Positions 18,495-27,827 of a stretch of DNA of 64,000 nt are shown here, one piece after another. The DNA is from a virus. The stretch's first letter is position 1. Every line of letters starts with the position of its first letter. The stretch lies in IMG/VR virus record IMGVR_UViG_3300025237_000001, positions 64,001 through 128,000 of that record, one strand, 5' to 3'. Under the pieces are notes generated by a model. It made no database searches. It saw only the letters and a list, made by a program, of their open reading frames with translations, and was not told the origin of the DNA. The position numbers and the translations under genes are program-made.

Positions 18495-21400
18495 CTTCTA
18501 GTACATGTTTGTAATCTTCGATATCTAATTCAATTCCAGCTAATTTTAATTCAGCTCTAATGAAACTAGCTTTAGCATCATCTTTAGCTTTCTTAGCTTC
18601 AACCCATATATGAGTTAACCAAGTCTCGAAAGTCTTATCTTTCTTATATTTAACTGTTGGGTAGAACGGTACTCGTTGCTTCGCCCAAGGTTCATACTTT
18701 AGTATATCAGTTACTTTACATAAATCAATATCCCAAAGTTTAGATTTAATATAAATATTTGGGGTTCCATTTTCATCATCGTGAACAACAAACTCACCCA
18801 TATTAGCGAATGGTTTAGGTATTTCACTACTTTCTTTCATCAATTGAATTTCATCCCATTCTAAACGCTTCATAATTTCAGTCGTTCTTTTTCTCTCATG
18901 AGCCATTCCTTCAATTCTAGCAATTCTCATACGCTCATGATAATCCGTTTGTATCCATTCCCAATTCATGTTTAATTCAACAAGGTTATTTGGTTCTTTA
19001 TTAACTCTAATCCAAAACTCAATTTCCTTATCTTCCATGTCCATTAACTCACTCATTGTATTTTGGTCACCATCTTTAAAAGCAGTACCTCTATCCATTT
19101 CAGTGTCTTTTTTTGTAAAGATTTTTCTTTCAGTTAATTCCATTTCTTTAGTTTCCTTGTTCTTAACCATGTCCATTAGAATTGCCTCCCTAATTTCAGG
19201 TTTGAAACAAACTAATAATGCGTGAATTCTATTATTGAAAGCCGCTAAATACTTTGGTACGTTATATTCGTCAGTTGTCAAATCAGGGTTATTCTCTATT
19301 TGGTCTGTTGGTATTACTTTACATTGAATCTTAACAGTTCTATCACCAGTTTCTTTATCAGTAATAACTTTAACATCACCATGAGATTTAACACTACCTA
19401 TGTTAACATAGTAAATTGTATCACCTAAATTAGATTTGATACCATCTTGCATTATCAATTCCATATGAGCTTTTCTAGCTTTAAATGAACCTGATTTTGT
19501 TTTGGTTTTCATATCTCTTAAATACGAAGACACTGTATCCTTAACATTAGACTTCGAAGCTATTTTAAGCAATGGAATTCTAAAATTGTAGATGTCATCT
19601 ACTGTCTTGTTATATAACTGAACGAACTTATCTCCTTCACCATTTAAAAGATGTTCAATTCCTATGGCTAAGAAGTCTTCAATATATCCTGGCATTTTAG
19701 ATGACTTAATCGTATTCCCAACCAATTTAATTTTACCATCAATTAAGTTAGCATAATTCTTTCTAGAGAAGTTGATGGTAGACTCACAGATATCATCAAT
19801 ATCTAGACCCATTCTATCAATCATAAATAATTCGTTGAACTCAGCAACAACTGCGTCTAATCCTACAAGAGTATTACCTTTATCAGGTTCAGTAAACCTA
19901 TGAGTACCAAGAGGCACATATGAGTTTTCATTGATATTATCGGGGATGGCAAAGTTAAATCCATCCGTATCCCCTACAAGAGGTCTGAAATCTAAATCCA
20001 TAAAGAATTTAACCATCAATCTCAAGTATTGTCTACCTCTACAGGTAGTTTCCTCAGCAATATTAGTATCTCCCCATGGAAATATATTGGGAGCACCCAT
20101 CGAACCAAAGAATGAATTCGCTAAAATCTTAATTGGTAATTGTTTCTTATCGTACATACTAACTAAAGCAGTCTCTTTTGCAATTTCCTCATTTAACATG
20201 TCTAAATCTTCTTTAGACATTGTATCACCAGTCTTTTCTTTCAATTCTTTTAAACCACTCAACACACCTTTATGTTTATTCATAAGGTTCTTGAATTTAT
20301 CCCTTGTATTTGCAATATACGTTAAGAAACCTTTCATCGCACCAGTAATATCAGTGTCAGGAAAAATATCGTGAGTAATCTTAATATTAGGGTATAAGGC
20401 AGCAAAATCCAATTTTGCGACATTTTTAGCATATCCAAGTTCTAATACTCTTGAGAGTCCACCTGTAAATGTTTTTCTTGGTTTTGTTGCTGGAACAGCT
20501 AATCTATTCTCGTATGACCAAGCTAACATAATTAATTTCCAAATACCAGCAGTACCCATCGTTGTTGAACGCATGTACGTTGTAGGAATAATCTTAGATA
20601 GTAAGAAAGATGCTTGATTGTAAACACCATCCACTTGTTCTGTTTCCCATAAATCATCTAATAAATAACGTCTGATAATAATATTACCTTTAACAACCTC
20701 ATAACCTTCTTTTAAGGGCTTTTCTTCACTTATTGGGTAGTAAGTACCATCAGTATCATTAAAAGCGTAATCAGTTACCTTATCGTTCCAAATTTCGAAT
20801 ATTTTATTACCTTCTACATACACACGATTGGCTTTGTTAAGTTTTGAGTATTTTGTAATATACTTTAACCCAGCACTTTTAATGTTTGAGTTAATCGCTT
20901 TGGCTCTACGTACTGCGTGCCAAACATCGATTATATTATAACCCCACATTGTAGTTTGCTTATAGAATTCACTTTCACCACCTAACTTGATGCTTTTGTC
21001 AACTCTTCTAATTTTAGAACCACCTTTCTTATCAAGTGTCTTTGCAGCAATTTCAATGTCTAATCCGATAATATCACATCTTGTGAATATGAAACTCCAG
21101 TCAAAGTTTTCAGAGTTATATCCAGCAATAGTGTCAGGTTTCAACGTATCTATAATGTCAAACATTTTAAGTATAGCGTAAGCTTCGAAATCTTTTAATT
21201 CTTGCTTAGTACCTTCTTGTGGAACTTCTATAATTTCTTCAAAACCTCTATTATCTTTAATTCCAATTTGGAATATCTTAGCATCTTTAAGTCTAATTGG
21301 TTCACCAGCAACATCAAACTCATATAATTTAGTTAAATCTTCTCCAGTTCCCATACGACTTTTAACCTCCAAAATATCTTCTTGTGATAGAAGTGTACCT

Positions 21401-21933
21401 TTAGGGTAAAGACCAGTTGTTTCTAAATCAAATTGTAATCTATGAATATCATTATAATCTTCCATTCCTTTGAACAAACGCTTTCCTGATGCGATTAAAT
21501 ATTGTTCCACTGGATTTATGGCTATGAACATACTTCTGTGACGTTCACCATAAACATCGATACCACCTTCTTTGAAGAAATTGAGTACTTTAGTATAAGA
21601 ACCTTTGGTTTTAGCCATGTATTTGTAACCCGAAGCCATTCTTTTAGGTTCGGCTTCATCTGGCATTGAAGATTTTAGTTTTGTAATTACGATGCCGTAT
21701 TTCTCAGCAGCTTTTTTGATAAGAGTTCGTTTACCGCCATACATTATTTTGGTAACTTCTTCTTTAAACCATATAAATGATGTAAGTGCATCTTTTGATA
21801 TGAACTTTCCTCTTTCAGGGTCATTGATTATAAGCGAAACTTCAGCACTCCCATAAGGAATCTCAACACCTACAATATATTTTTTTTGATTTCTACCTTC
21901 TAAAAACCTAGAAATTACATCCTCATTAATCAT
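18475..21933 (-). CDS. polB: Family B DNA polymerase with 3'-5' exonuclease
   Basis: FDLETTG (ExoI), YNSENFD (ExoII), DFAALYP (A), KILANSFFG (B), GDTDG (C). Confidence 0.93.
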   Translation of the reverse strand: MINEDVISRFLEGRNQKKYIVGVEIPYGSAEVSLIINDPERGKFISKDALTSFIWFKEEVTKIMYGGKRTLIKKAAEKYGIVITKLKSSMPDEAEPKRMASGYKYMAKTKGSYTKVLNFFKEGGIDVYGERHRSMFIAINPVEQYLIASGKRLFKGMEDYNDIHRLQFDLETTGLYPKGTLLSQEDILEVKSRMGTGEDLTKLYEFDVAGEPIRLKDAKIFQIGIKDNRGFEEIIEVPQEGTKQELKDFEAYAILKMFDIIDTLKPDTIAGYNSENFDWSFIFTRCDIIGLDIEIAAKTLDKKGGSKIRRVDKSIKLGGESEFYKQTTMWGYNIIDVWHAVRRAKAINSNIKSAGLKYITKYSKLNKANRVYVEGNKIFEIWNDKVTDYAFNDTDGTYYPISEEKPLKEGYEVVKGNIIIRRYLLDDLWETEQVDGVYNQASFLLSKIIPTTYMRSTTMGTAGIWKLIMLAWSYENRLAVPATKPRKTFTGGLSRVLELGYAKNVAKLDFAALYPNIKITHDIFPDTDITGAMKGFLTYIANTRDKFKNLMNKHKGVLSGLKELKEKTGDTMSKEDLDMLNEEIAKETALVSMYDKKQLPIKILANSFFGSMGAPNIFPWGDTNIAEETTCRGRQYLRLMVKFFMDLDFRPLVGDTDGFNFAIPDNINENSYVPLGTHRFTEPDKGNTLVGLDAVVAEFNELFMIDRMGLDIDDICESTINFSRKNYANLIDGKIKLVGNTIKSSKMPGYIEDFLAIGIEHLLNGEGDKFVQLYNKTVDDIYNFRIPLLKIASKSNVKDTVSSYLRDMKTKTKSGSFKARKAHMELIMQDGIKSNLGDTIYYVNIGSVKSHGDVKVITDKETGDRTVKIQCKVIPTDQIENNPDLTTDEYNVPKYLAAFNNRIHALLVCFKPEIREAILMDMVKNKETKEMELTERKIFTKKDTEMDRGTAFKDGDQNTMSELMDMEDKEIEFWIRVNKEPNNLVELNMNWEWIQTDYHERMRIARIEGMAHERKRTTEIMKRLEWDEIQLMKESSEIPKPFANMGEFVVHDDENGTPNIYIKSKLWDIDLCKVTDILKYEPWAKQRVPFYPTVKYKKDKTFETWLTHIWVEAKKAKDDAKASFIRAELKLAGIELDIEDYKHVLEEKETQI

Positions 21934-21950
21934 AATTATTATCTATTTTA

Positions 21951-21983
21951 TGCAATATAACTACATTTTGACCCAAAAAACAA
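21951..21983 (-). promoter_or_regulatory. Putative early/middle promoter of the DNA polymerase gene
   Basis: TTGTT-N23-TTGCA with AATGTAGT; same geometry as 53056 and 55157. Confidence 0.6.
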
Positions 21984-22044
21984 GGGTTTTGTCATATTTT
22001 TTAAAATAAATTACTGTAAGCCAGGTTATGTCATATTTATTTGT

Positions 22045-22899
22045 ATGACAAAAGATATAAAATGTAACACAAATAATATCCATGATTTCATGGAAAATTA
22101 TAAATCAGGTTTTAATAAAATTAAATCAGAATATGAAGTATTTGAATACTACGATTTTGAAAGAGAAATTGTAAATTTGATTAATGATAATCGTTTTTCG
22201 ATTATATTAAAAGGTAGACAAGTTTTTGTGAGTACGATTTTAGCTACTTATACTGCTTGGCAAGTTTTAAATGGTAAACAGATTGCTTATTATAGTCATA
22301 ATAGACATATGTCTAAACATTTTTTAACTAAAGTAAGAGCGATATTAATGAGTTATGGTGCAGAATTTGAATGTGATAATCAAATTTACATTAAATTGAA
22401 AGGTTTAGGTTCGATAAAAGGTTTATGCACCCCAACAGAGTTTTGTAGTCACACATTTGATGAAATAATCTATGATGAAGCCGCATATATTAATAGGTTT
22501 AATGAAGCTTTAAGTATTGGGACTTCAATTATTGCAACAGGTGGTAAAATTATTTTAGCTTCTACACCTAATGGTCTGGAAAAATTTTTTTATACATGGC
22601 AAGGTAGTGAAGTTGGTGATAATCCTTTTAAAAGGATTAAAGTCACTTATAAAGATGTTCCTATATATGATGAAGCGTGGGCTGAAGAAATGAAAAGGAT
22701 TATGAATTATAATAAAAGGTGGATTGACCAAGAACTTCATGCTGAATTTATACCAGCATTAAAAAATAATAAAAATAAATTAATTCAATTTAGAATTGAT
22801 AAAGATTTGAATTTAAAATTGTTAGAAAAATTAATAGAGAAAGATGTTAATATTTCAACCTATATGCGAGATTTAATTCTCAAGGATGTGAATAATTAA
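22045..22899 (+). CDS. Terminase large-subunit-like ATPase domain (no nuclease) fused to a C-terminal RHH domain
   Basis: IILKGRQVFVST, IIYDEAAYI, LASTPNG, DQELHAEF, then KLIQFRIDKDLNLKLLEKLIEKDVNISTYMRDLI. Confidence 0.75.
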   Translation: MTKDIKCNTNNIHDFMENYKSGFNKIKSEYEVFEYYDFEREIVNLINDNRFSIILKGRQVFVSTILATYTAWQVLNGKQIAYYSHNRHMSKHFLTKVRAILMSYGAEFECDNQIYIKLKGLGSIKGLCTPTEFCSHTFDEIIYDEAAYINRFNEALSIGTSIIATGGKIILASTPNGLEKFFYTWQGSEVGDNPFKRIKVTYKDVPIYDEAWAEEMKRIMNYNKRWIDQELHAEFIPALKNNKNKLIQFRIDKDLNLKLLEKLIEKDVNISTYMRDLILKDVNN

Positions 22900-23235
22900 T
22901 TCATCCCTTATTGGTACCAATAGGGTTCCCGAACCATCGTTAAAGATTATTTTGAATTCACCAACGAATGTGCCAGCTTTTCTAGTTTCTTTTGCTGAAA
23001 ATTGATATCCGATGAAATATTCTTCACCGTTACAATCACTTGAAGGGTCTTTAAGAATACATAAACCTTCCTTACCACCTATTCTTTTAACGCCAGTGCT
23101 AGTGTCGGTCATACAGAATGTAATTACAGAGTTTTGTATCATATCGTGGAACTTATCGTACTCATTTCTTCCATCGTTAATTAATTCCATCTTTAAGATA
23201 GGTAATGTTGCAGTTTTATTTATGTAAAAATCCAT
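22873..23235 (-). CDS. Small beta-rich structural protein (BppU N-terminal-like)
   Basis: FYINKTATLPILKMEL...YQFSAKETRKAGTFVGEFKIIF. Confidence 0.5.
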   Translation of the reverse strand: MDFYINKTATLPILKMELINDGRNEYDKFHDMIQNSVITFCMTDTSTGVKRIGGKEGLCILKDPSSDCNGEEYFIGYQFSAKETRKAGTFVGEFKIIFNDGSGTLLVPIRDELIIHILEN

Positions 23236-23264
23236 TTAATTTGTTTTATTATAAATATAAATTA

Positions 23265-23522
23265 TTACGAAATAATCGTGTTTTGTATTAAATCAATTGC
23301 ATTATCTATCGTCACAAAGCTCCTTTTTGGGACCAAGATGTGTGGTGGAATGACAATAATTGGTATTACAGCTTCACCCGCTTTTTCGAACATTAAACCA
23401 ACTGGTTCTTTATTCTTAGCATCATCCACATCAATCTCCACGAACTTTAATTCGAGTTTTGTTAGTTTTTCTGTTAACTCTACACAGTATGCACACTGTT
23501 TACTTGTATATATTTGTATCAT
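23265..23522 (-). CDS. Glutaredoxin/NrdH-like redoxin
   Basis: IYTSKQCAYC (CxxC), FVEIDV, VIPIIVI. Confidence 0.85.
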   Translation of the reverse strand: MIQIYTSKQCAYCVELTEKLTKLELKFVEIDVDDAKNKEPVGLMFEKAGEAVIPIIVIPPHILVPKRSFVTIDNAIDLIQNTIIS

Positions 23523-25372
23523 AATTCTAATCCATTTTCTTCTAAATCATCCATTAACATTTTCAATCTAACGCCATGTTCATCATTTTTACCGATGATT
23601 TTATTAATTACTTCTTGCTTACGCATAAGTGTGTACCACATCACTAGTGATACCGTACCTGTAAATAGTTGATAATATACTGATACGTTGTTTGTTTGAC
23701 CAATACGGTAACATCTATCTTCGGCTTGTTCATTATCACCTGGTACCCAACTAAATGAATTAAAGATAACAACTGTCCCTTCAGTCAATGTAATTCCCAC
23801 CCCAGCAGATGTTATGTTTCCAACGAAAACTTTACATTTATTGTTGGTTTGGAACCTATCCACAGATTTTTGCTTAGCATTAGCTGTCATCTTACCATTA
23901 TGTGTTACACACTCAGTATTGGTGAAGTTTTCTGCTATTTCGTCCAATTCATCGGTAAATGTCGTAAATATCACCACTTTTTGACCTTGTTCAATAGCAT
24001 CTTTAGCTAATTGTATCGTATTTGGGATAGTTTCCATGGCTATAAATTTCCTAAGAAGTCCTAATTCAACTATATCTTTAGATAAATCACTAATTTTACG
24101 TTTACCTTCCTCAGCTCTTTTCTCCATATATTCATCCCAAAGACTTTCATACTCTTTTTCACCACGTTTTGATAATGTATGATAGTTTGTTGAAATTGTT
24201 TTATCTGGCATATCTAACACTTCGGTCTTTAACCTTCTTAATAAAGAGTTTTTGGTCCTGATTGATAATTCATCTAGATTAGAATTACCATTGGTAATCC
24301 ATATTTGTCTTGATTGACCATTCTTAAGGGTTTTATAAAAACGCTTGGCATCACAATACCTTTGCGCAAAGAATTTCCAATTATCAGCTAGAGGTGATTT
24401 AATCATCTTTAGAATATTAAAGAAATCCATTGGTCTATTAGCAATAGGAGTACCCGTAAGTTCCCATACCCTATCAATGCCATGAGTTAACGCAAGTTCA
24501 TTACATATTTTACCCCTTTGAGTTTTATGGTCTTTAATTTTGTGAGCTTCATCGATGATTACTAAATCATATTCTTCATTAACAAGTTGTCTATTAAATG
24601 GATTAGGGTTCCCTTCTTTATCAAATGTTTGATTACCAATAGTGTGAAAATTTTTAAGAATATCAAAATTAATGATAGTAAAACGTCCTACGTGAGGAAA
24701 TTTCCTACCGCTAACAATCATAGCTTTTTGTCCAAAACTTTCGATTTCTCTTTGCCAAGAGATTTTAACACTCGCTGGACATATTACCAATACTTTCTTA
24801 GCATCAACCTCTAAAGCGGCTACAATTGACTGGTAAGTTTTACCCAAACCCATGTCATCAGCTAATATCGCACCTTTTCTACAAACTAGGAATTTAATAC
24901 CTTCTTTTTGGTGGTCATATGGATGTCTACCCATAAGGTCCATTTCTTCGTACTTAGCCCAATCAACTTCAATATCACATTCAGTGTAATAAGGGTCGTC
25001 CAAAACAAGTGTTTTTGGTAACCAATACATTTTAGAATGTTTTTGATTTTGTTTTAGTTTACCATATATGTGATAAGTTTTTTCTTGGTCGGCAAGCATT
25101 GCTTGAATAAGAATCTTCTCAGGTAAAAAGGATAATCTATCTTTAGCTTGTAAAGATTCACCCAATAAAGGGTTTATTGAAACTACACGATTTAACACTT
25201 GTGGTGGTACATCATGAAATTTATTTATGTATTCAACTTGCCCTTCAGTTAAAGATATTTTAGTATCTCTAAGCAATTTCTTGTTTAAGTCTTTTAAATA
25301 CGGGTTAACTCCGCTATATGTTTGTAGTAGGGTCACCGCACCTCTACTTTTAATGTCATCTAAATTTATCAA
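23519..25372 (-). CDS. SNF2/SWI2-family helicase (HARP-like)
   Basis: LADDMGLGKT, VIIDEAH, TGTPIANRP, QAEDRCYRIGQ; TTG start. Confidence 0.9.
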   Translation of the reverse strand: MINLDDIKSRGAVTLLQTYSGVNPYLKDLNKKLLRDTKISLTEGQVEYINKFHDVPPQVLNRVVSINPLLGESLQAKDRLSFLPEKILIQAMLADQEKTYHIYGKLKQNQKHSKMYWLPKTLVLDDPYYTECDIEVDWAKYEEMDLMGRHPYDHQKEGIKFLVCRKGAILADDMGLGKTYQSIVAALEVDAKKVLVICPASVKISWQREIESFGQKAMIVSGRKFPHVGRFTIINFDILKNFHTIGNQTFDKEGNPNPFNRQLVNEEYDLVIIDEAHKIKDHKTQRGKICNELALTHGIDRVWELTGTPIANRPMDFFNILKMIKSPLADNWKFFAQRYCDAKRFYKTLKNGQSRQIWITNGNSNLDELSIRTKNSLLRRLKTEVLDMPDKTISTNYHTLSKRGEKEYESLWDEYMEKRAEEGKRKISDLSKDIVELGLLRKFIAMETIPNTIQLAKDAIEQGQKVVIFTTFTDELDEIAENFTNTECVTHNGKMTANAKQKSVDRFQTNNKCKVFVGNITSAGVGITLTEGTVVIFNSFSWVPGDNEQAEDRCYRIGQTNNVSVYYQLFTGTVSLVMWYTLMRKQEVINKIIGKNDEHGVRLKMLMDDLEENGLEL

Positions 25373-25412
25373 AATATCTAATCTTTTTCTACTCTTTAAC
25401 TATATTATATAT

Positions 25413-25445
25413 CGTTAATATACTAAAAATTAATGAAAAAGTCAA
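25413..25445 (-). promoter_or_regulatory. Putative sigma70-like promoter of the SNF2 helicase gene
   Basis: TTGACT-17 nt-TATATT preceded by TAG, aligning with the other replication-gene promoters. Confidence 0.55.
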
Positions 25446-25501
25446 TAGCTTTCAACTATTTACCTAATATCAAATATTTATCAATATACACTTTAAAGAA
25501 T

Positions 25502-26020
25502 ATGAGTAATAAAAGAAAAATACCGATTAAAAGAATTAATAAATTCTTCTCTGGAAGAGACTTCGATTTGGAAGTTCAAATGGGTCGTGAGGCAATGGAA
25601 GGTGATGGTAATTTTACTGTCATACTATATCGAGTTGATAGAGCTACAACCCAAGTTGACGATTTATATGGTGAGGCTAGTGCGGATGAAATTAATTATT
25701 TAGCACCAGTTGAATTATATGTGATTCCTATCATAGACGAAGCAACCAATGAAACATATGCAAAAGGTTTCCTAAATAATTTAGAAGATGGAAATATGAC
25801 ATTTATAGTTTACGTTGAACATTTGTCTGAATTAGATGTTGATATTACTATGGGAGATTACGTAGCTTATCCTATCAATGAAACAGATGTTGTTTATTAT
25901 TCTGTGACCAATGCTGGTCAAAAAAATTACGACAATGCCCATACAATAATGGGGTATAAAGGTGCATACAGAAAGGTTACATGTACTTTTGCTAACGAAG
26001 ATGAATTTAAAGGAATATAA
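25502..26020 (+). CDS. Head closure / neck protein (T4 gp14-like)
   Basis: Start trimmed to MSNKRKIP after a TATTTAT box; VILYRVDR...DDLYGE, context. Confidence 0.6.
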   Translation: MSNKRKIPIKRINKFFSGRDFDLEVQMGREAMEGDGNFTVILYRVDRATTQVDDLYGEASADEINYLAPVELYVIPIIDEATNETYAKGFLNNLEDGNMTFIVYVEHLSELDVDITMGDYVAYPINETDVVYYSVTNAGQKNYDNAHTIMGYKGAYRKVTCTFANEDEFKGI

Positions 26021-26023
26021 ATT

Positions 26024-26767
26024 ATGCCACTACCAAAAGGTTTTAGAAAAAATGTAAAGTTTATTAATCAAAACATCGGTCCTGAAAAAAGACAAGACAT
26101 TCTTGATGATATAGATTATAAGGGTATGTACTTACCTAAAGGGGTTGATTACGAAGATATTGATAGAGGATTTCTTGATTTCACGGATGATGAATTATCT
26201 GTTGAAGTTGATGGTAATTCAGTACCAGTAAGATTTTTAACACTACAAAGATTTGCTGAATTCAGTAAAACTTGGACATTTTCAGATAAATTTAAAAATC
26301 TAAAGATGCCTTTCATTACCGTAGTTAGACAACCTGATATTCAAGTTGGTACTAACCAAGCGGGTATATGGAATATTCCAGGTCAACAGGTTTATACATA
26401 TATGAAAATACCTAACCTTGTAGGTGGTGTAAAGGGTATTGACACCTATAAGATTCCACAACCAACTTCAGTCGATATTACATATGATGTAAGATTCTTT
26501 TGTAATAGAATGAGGGATTTAAACATATTACACAAAGTAGTTCAAACGACATTTAATTCTAGACAATTTTACATTACAGTAAATGGACATCCAATGCCTA
26601 TTCACTTAGAGAAAATTGGTGATGAAAGTCAAGTTGATGACTTTGATAAAAGAAGATTTTACGTTCAACATTTCGAAATGAAGATATTGGGGTATATATT
26701 AGATGAGGACGATTTTGAATTTATACCAACCATTAATAGAGGTAATATAAAATTTACCGAACAATAA
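26024..26767 (+). CDS. Tail terminator / sheath stabiliser (T4 gp15-like), short paralogue
   Basis: QRFAEF, PFITVVR, PQPTSVDITYDVRFF; paralogous to 26775. Confidence 0.6.
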   Translation: MPLPKGFRKNVKFINQNIGPEKRQDILDDIDYKGMYLPKGVDYEDIDRGFLDFTDDELSVEVDGNSVPVRFLTLQRFAEFSKTWTFSDKFKNLKMPFITVVRQPDIQVGTNQAGIWNIPGQQVYTYMKIPNLVGGVKGIDTYKIPQPTSVDITYDVRFFCNRMRDLNILHKVVQTTFNSRQFYITVNGHPMPIHLEKIGDESQVDDFDKRRFYVQHFEMKILGYILDEDDFEFIPTINRGNIKFTEQ

Positions 26768-26774
26768 TTAAATT

Positions 26775-27806
26775 ATGCCACAAGGATATAAAAAAGATGT
26801 AAAGTTTATTAATCAAAATGTTGGTCCTGAAAAAAGACAAGACATTCTTGATGATATAGATTATAAAGGAAGTTACTTACCTAAAAGTATCTATTACGAA
26901 GATATTGATAAAACATTTCTTGATTTTATTGATAATATTCTAGAGATAGAGATTAATGGGGTGAAGGTGCCTGTCTATTTTTTTACAATACAAAGATTTG
27001 CTGAATTCAGTAAATTGTGGGATACTTCAGATAAATTTAAAAATGTTAAAATTCCATTCATTACCGTAGTTAGACAACCTGATATTCAAGTTGGTACTAA
27101 CCAAGCGGGTATATGGAATATTCCAGGTCATAAATTATACACCTATATGAAGGTACCTAATTTTGTTGGTGGTCGTGGTGGGGTTGATTTATACAAGATT
27201 CCACAACCAACTTCAGTCGATGTAACATATGATGTAAGATTCTTTTGTAATAGAATGAGGGATTTAAATATGTTTAATAGAAAGACACAATTTACTTTCC
27301 AATCAAGACAATATTATATAAACGTTGGTGGACATCCAATGCCTATTCACTTAGAGAAAATTGGTGACGAGAGTCAAGTTGATGATTTCGATAGAAGAAG
27401 ATTTTACGTTCAACACTTCGAAATGAAGGTTCTTGGATATATATTAGATGAAGACGATTTTGAATTTGTACCAACTGTAAATAGAATGATAGTGTTTACA
27501 GAATTAATGGATAAGACGATTAAACCTAAGATTGTAATTAGGTCATTTAAAGATATTGATGAAATATGTTTAAATGTTGTAATAAAAGCTGACCATTTTA
27601 GTGATGAGTTTATAATTACTATGATATATGATGCGGAGATAACTTCATTAACATTTGTTAAGAATGTTACAAACGTTAATATAGCAATAAATGGGGTTCA
27701 ACAAACATTCCCCTTTACTATCACAGCTAATCAACAAATGGTTTTAACCGTTGATAGAGACGAAAGTAATGAGTCTAAATTTCAAATAATTGGAATTGTT
27801 AAATAA
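26775..27806 (+). CDS. Tail terminator / sheath stabiliser (T4 gp15-like), long paralogue
   Basis: Same core as 26024 plus a ~100 aa beta-rich C-terminal extension. Confidence 0.6.
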   Translation: MPQGYKKDVKFINQNVGPEKRQDILDDIDYKGSYLPKSIYYEDIDKTFLDFIDNILEIEINGVKVPVYFFTIQRFAEFSKLWDTSDKFKNVKIPFITVVRQPDIQVGTNQAGIWNIPGHKLYTYMKVPNFVGGRGGVDLYKIPQPTSVDVTYDVRFFCNRMRDLNMFNRKTQFTFQSRQYYINVGGHPMPIHLEKIGDESQVDDFDRRRFYVQHFEMKVLGYILDEDDFEFVPTVNRMIVFTELMDKTIKPKIVIRSFKDIDEICLNVVIKADHFSDEFIITMIYDAEITSLTFVKNVTNVNIAINGVQQTFPFTITANQQMVLTVDRDESNESKFQIIGIVK

Positions 27807-27827
27807 AATTGATATAATAGAATAAAA

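Noticed and set aside
22045-22899. Calling this ORF the functional packaging terminase
   Set aside because: It is too short and has no nuclease domain; reported as a finding instead.
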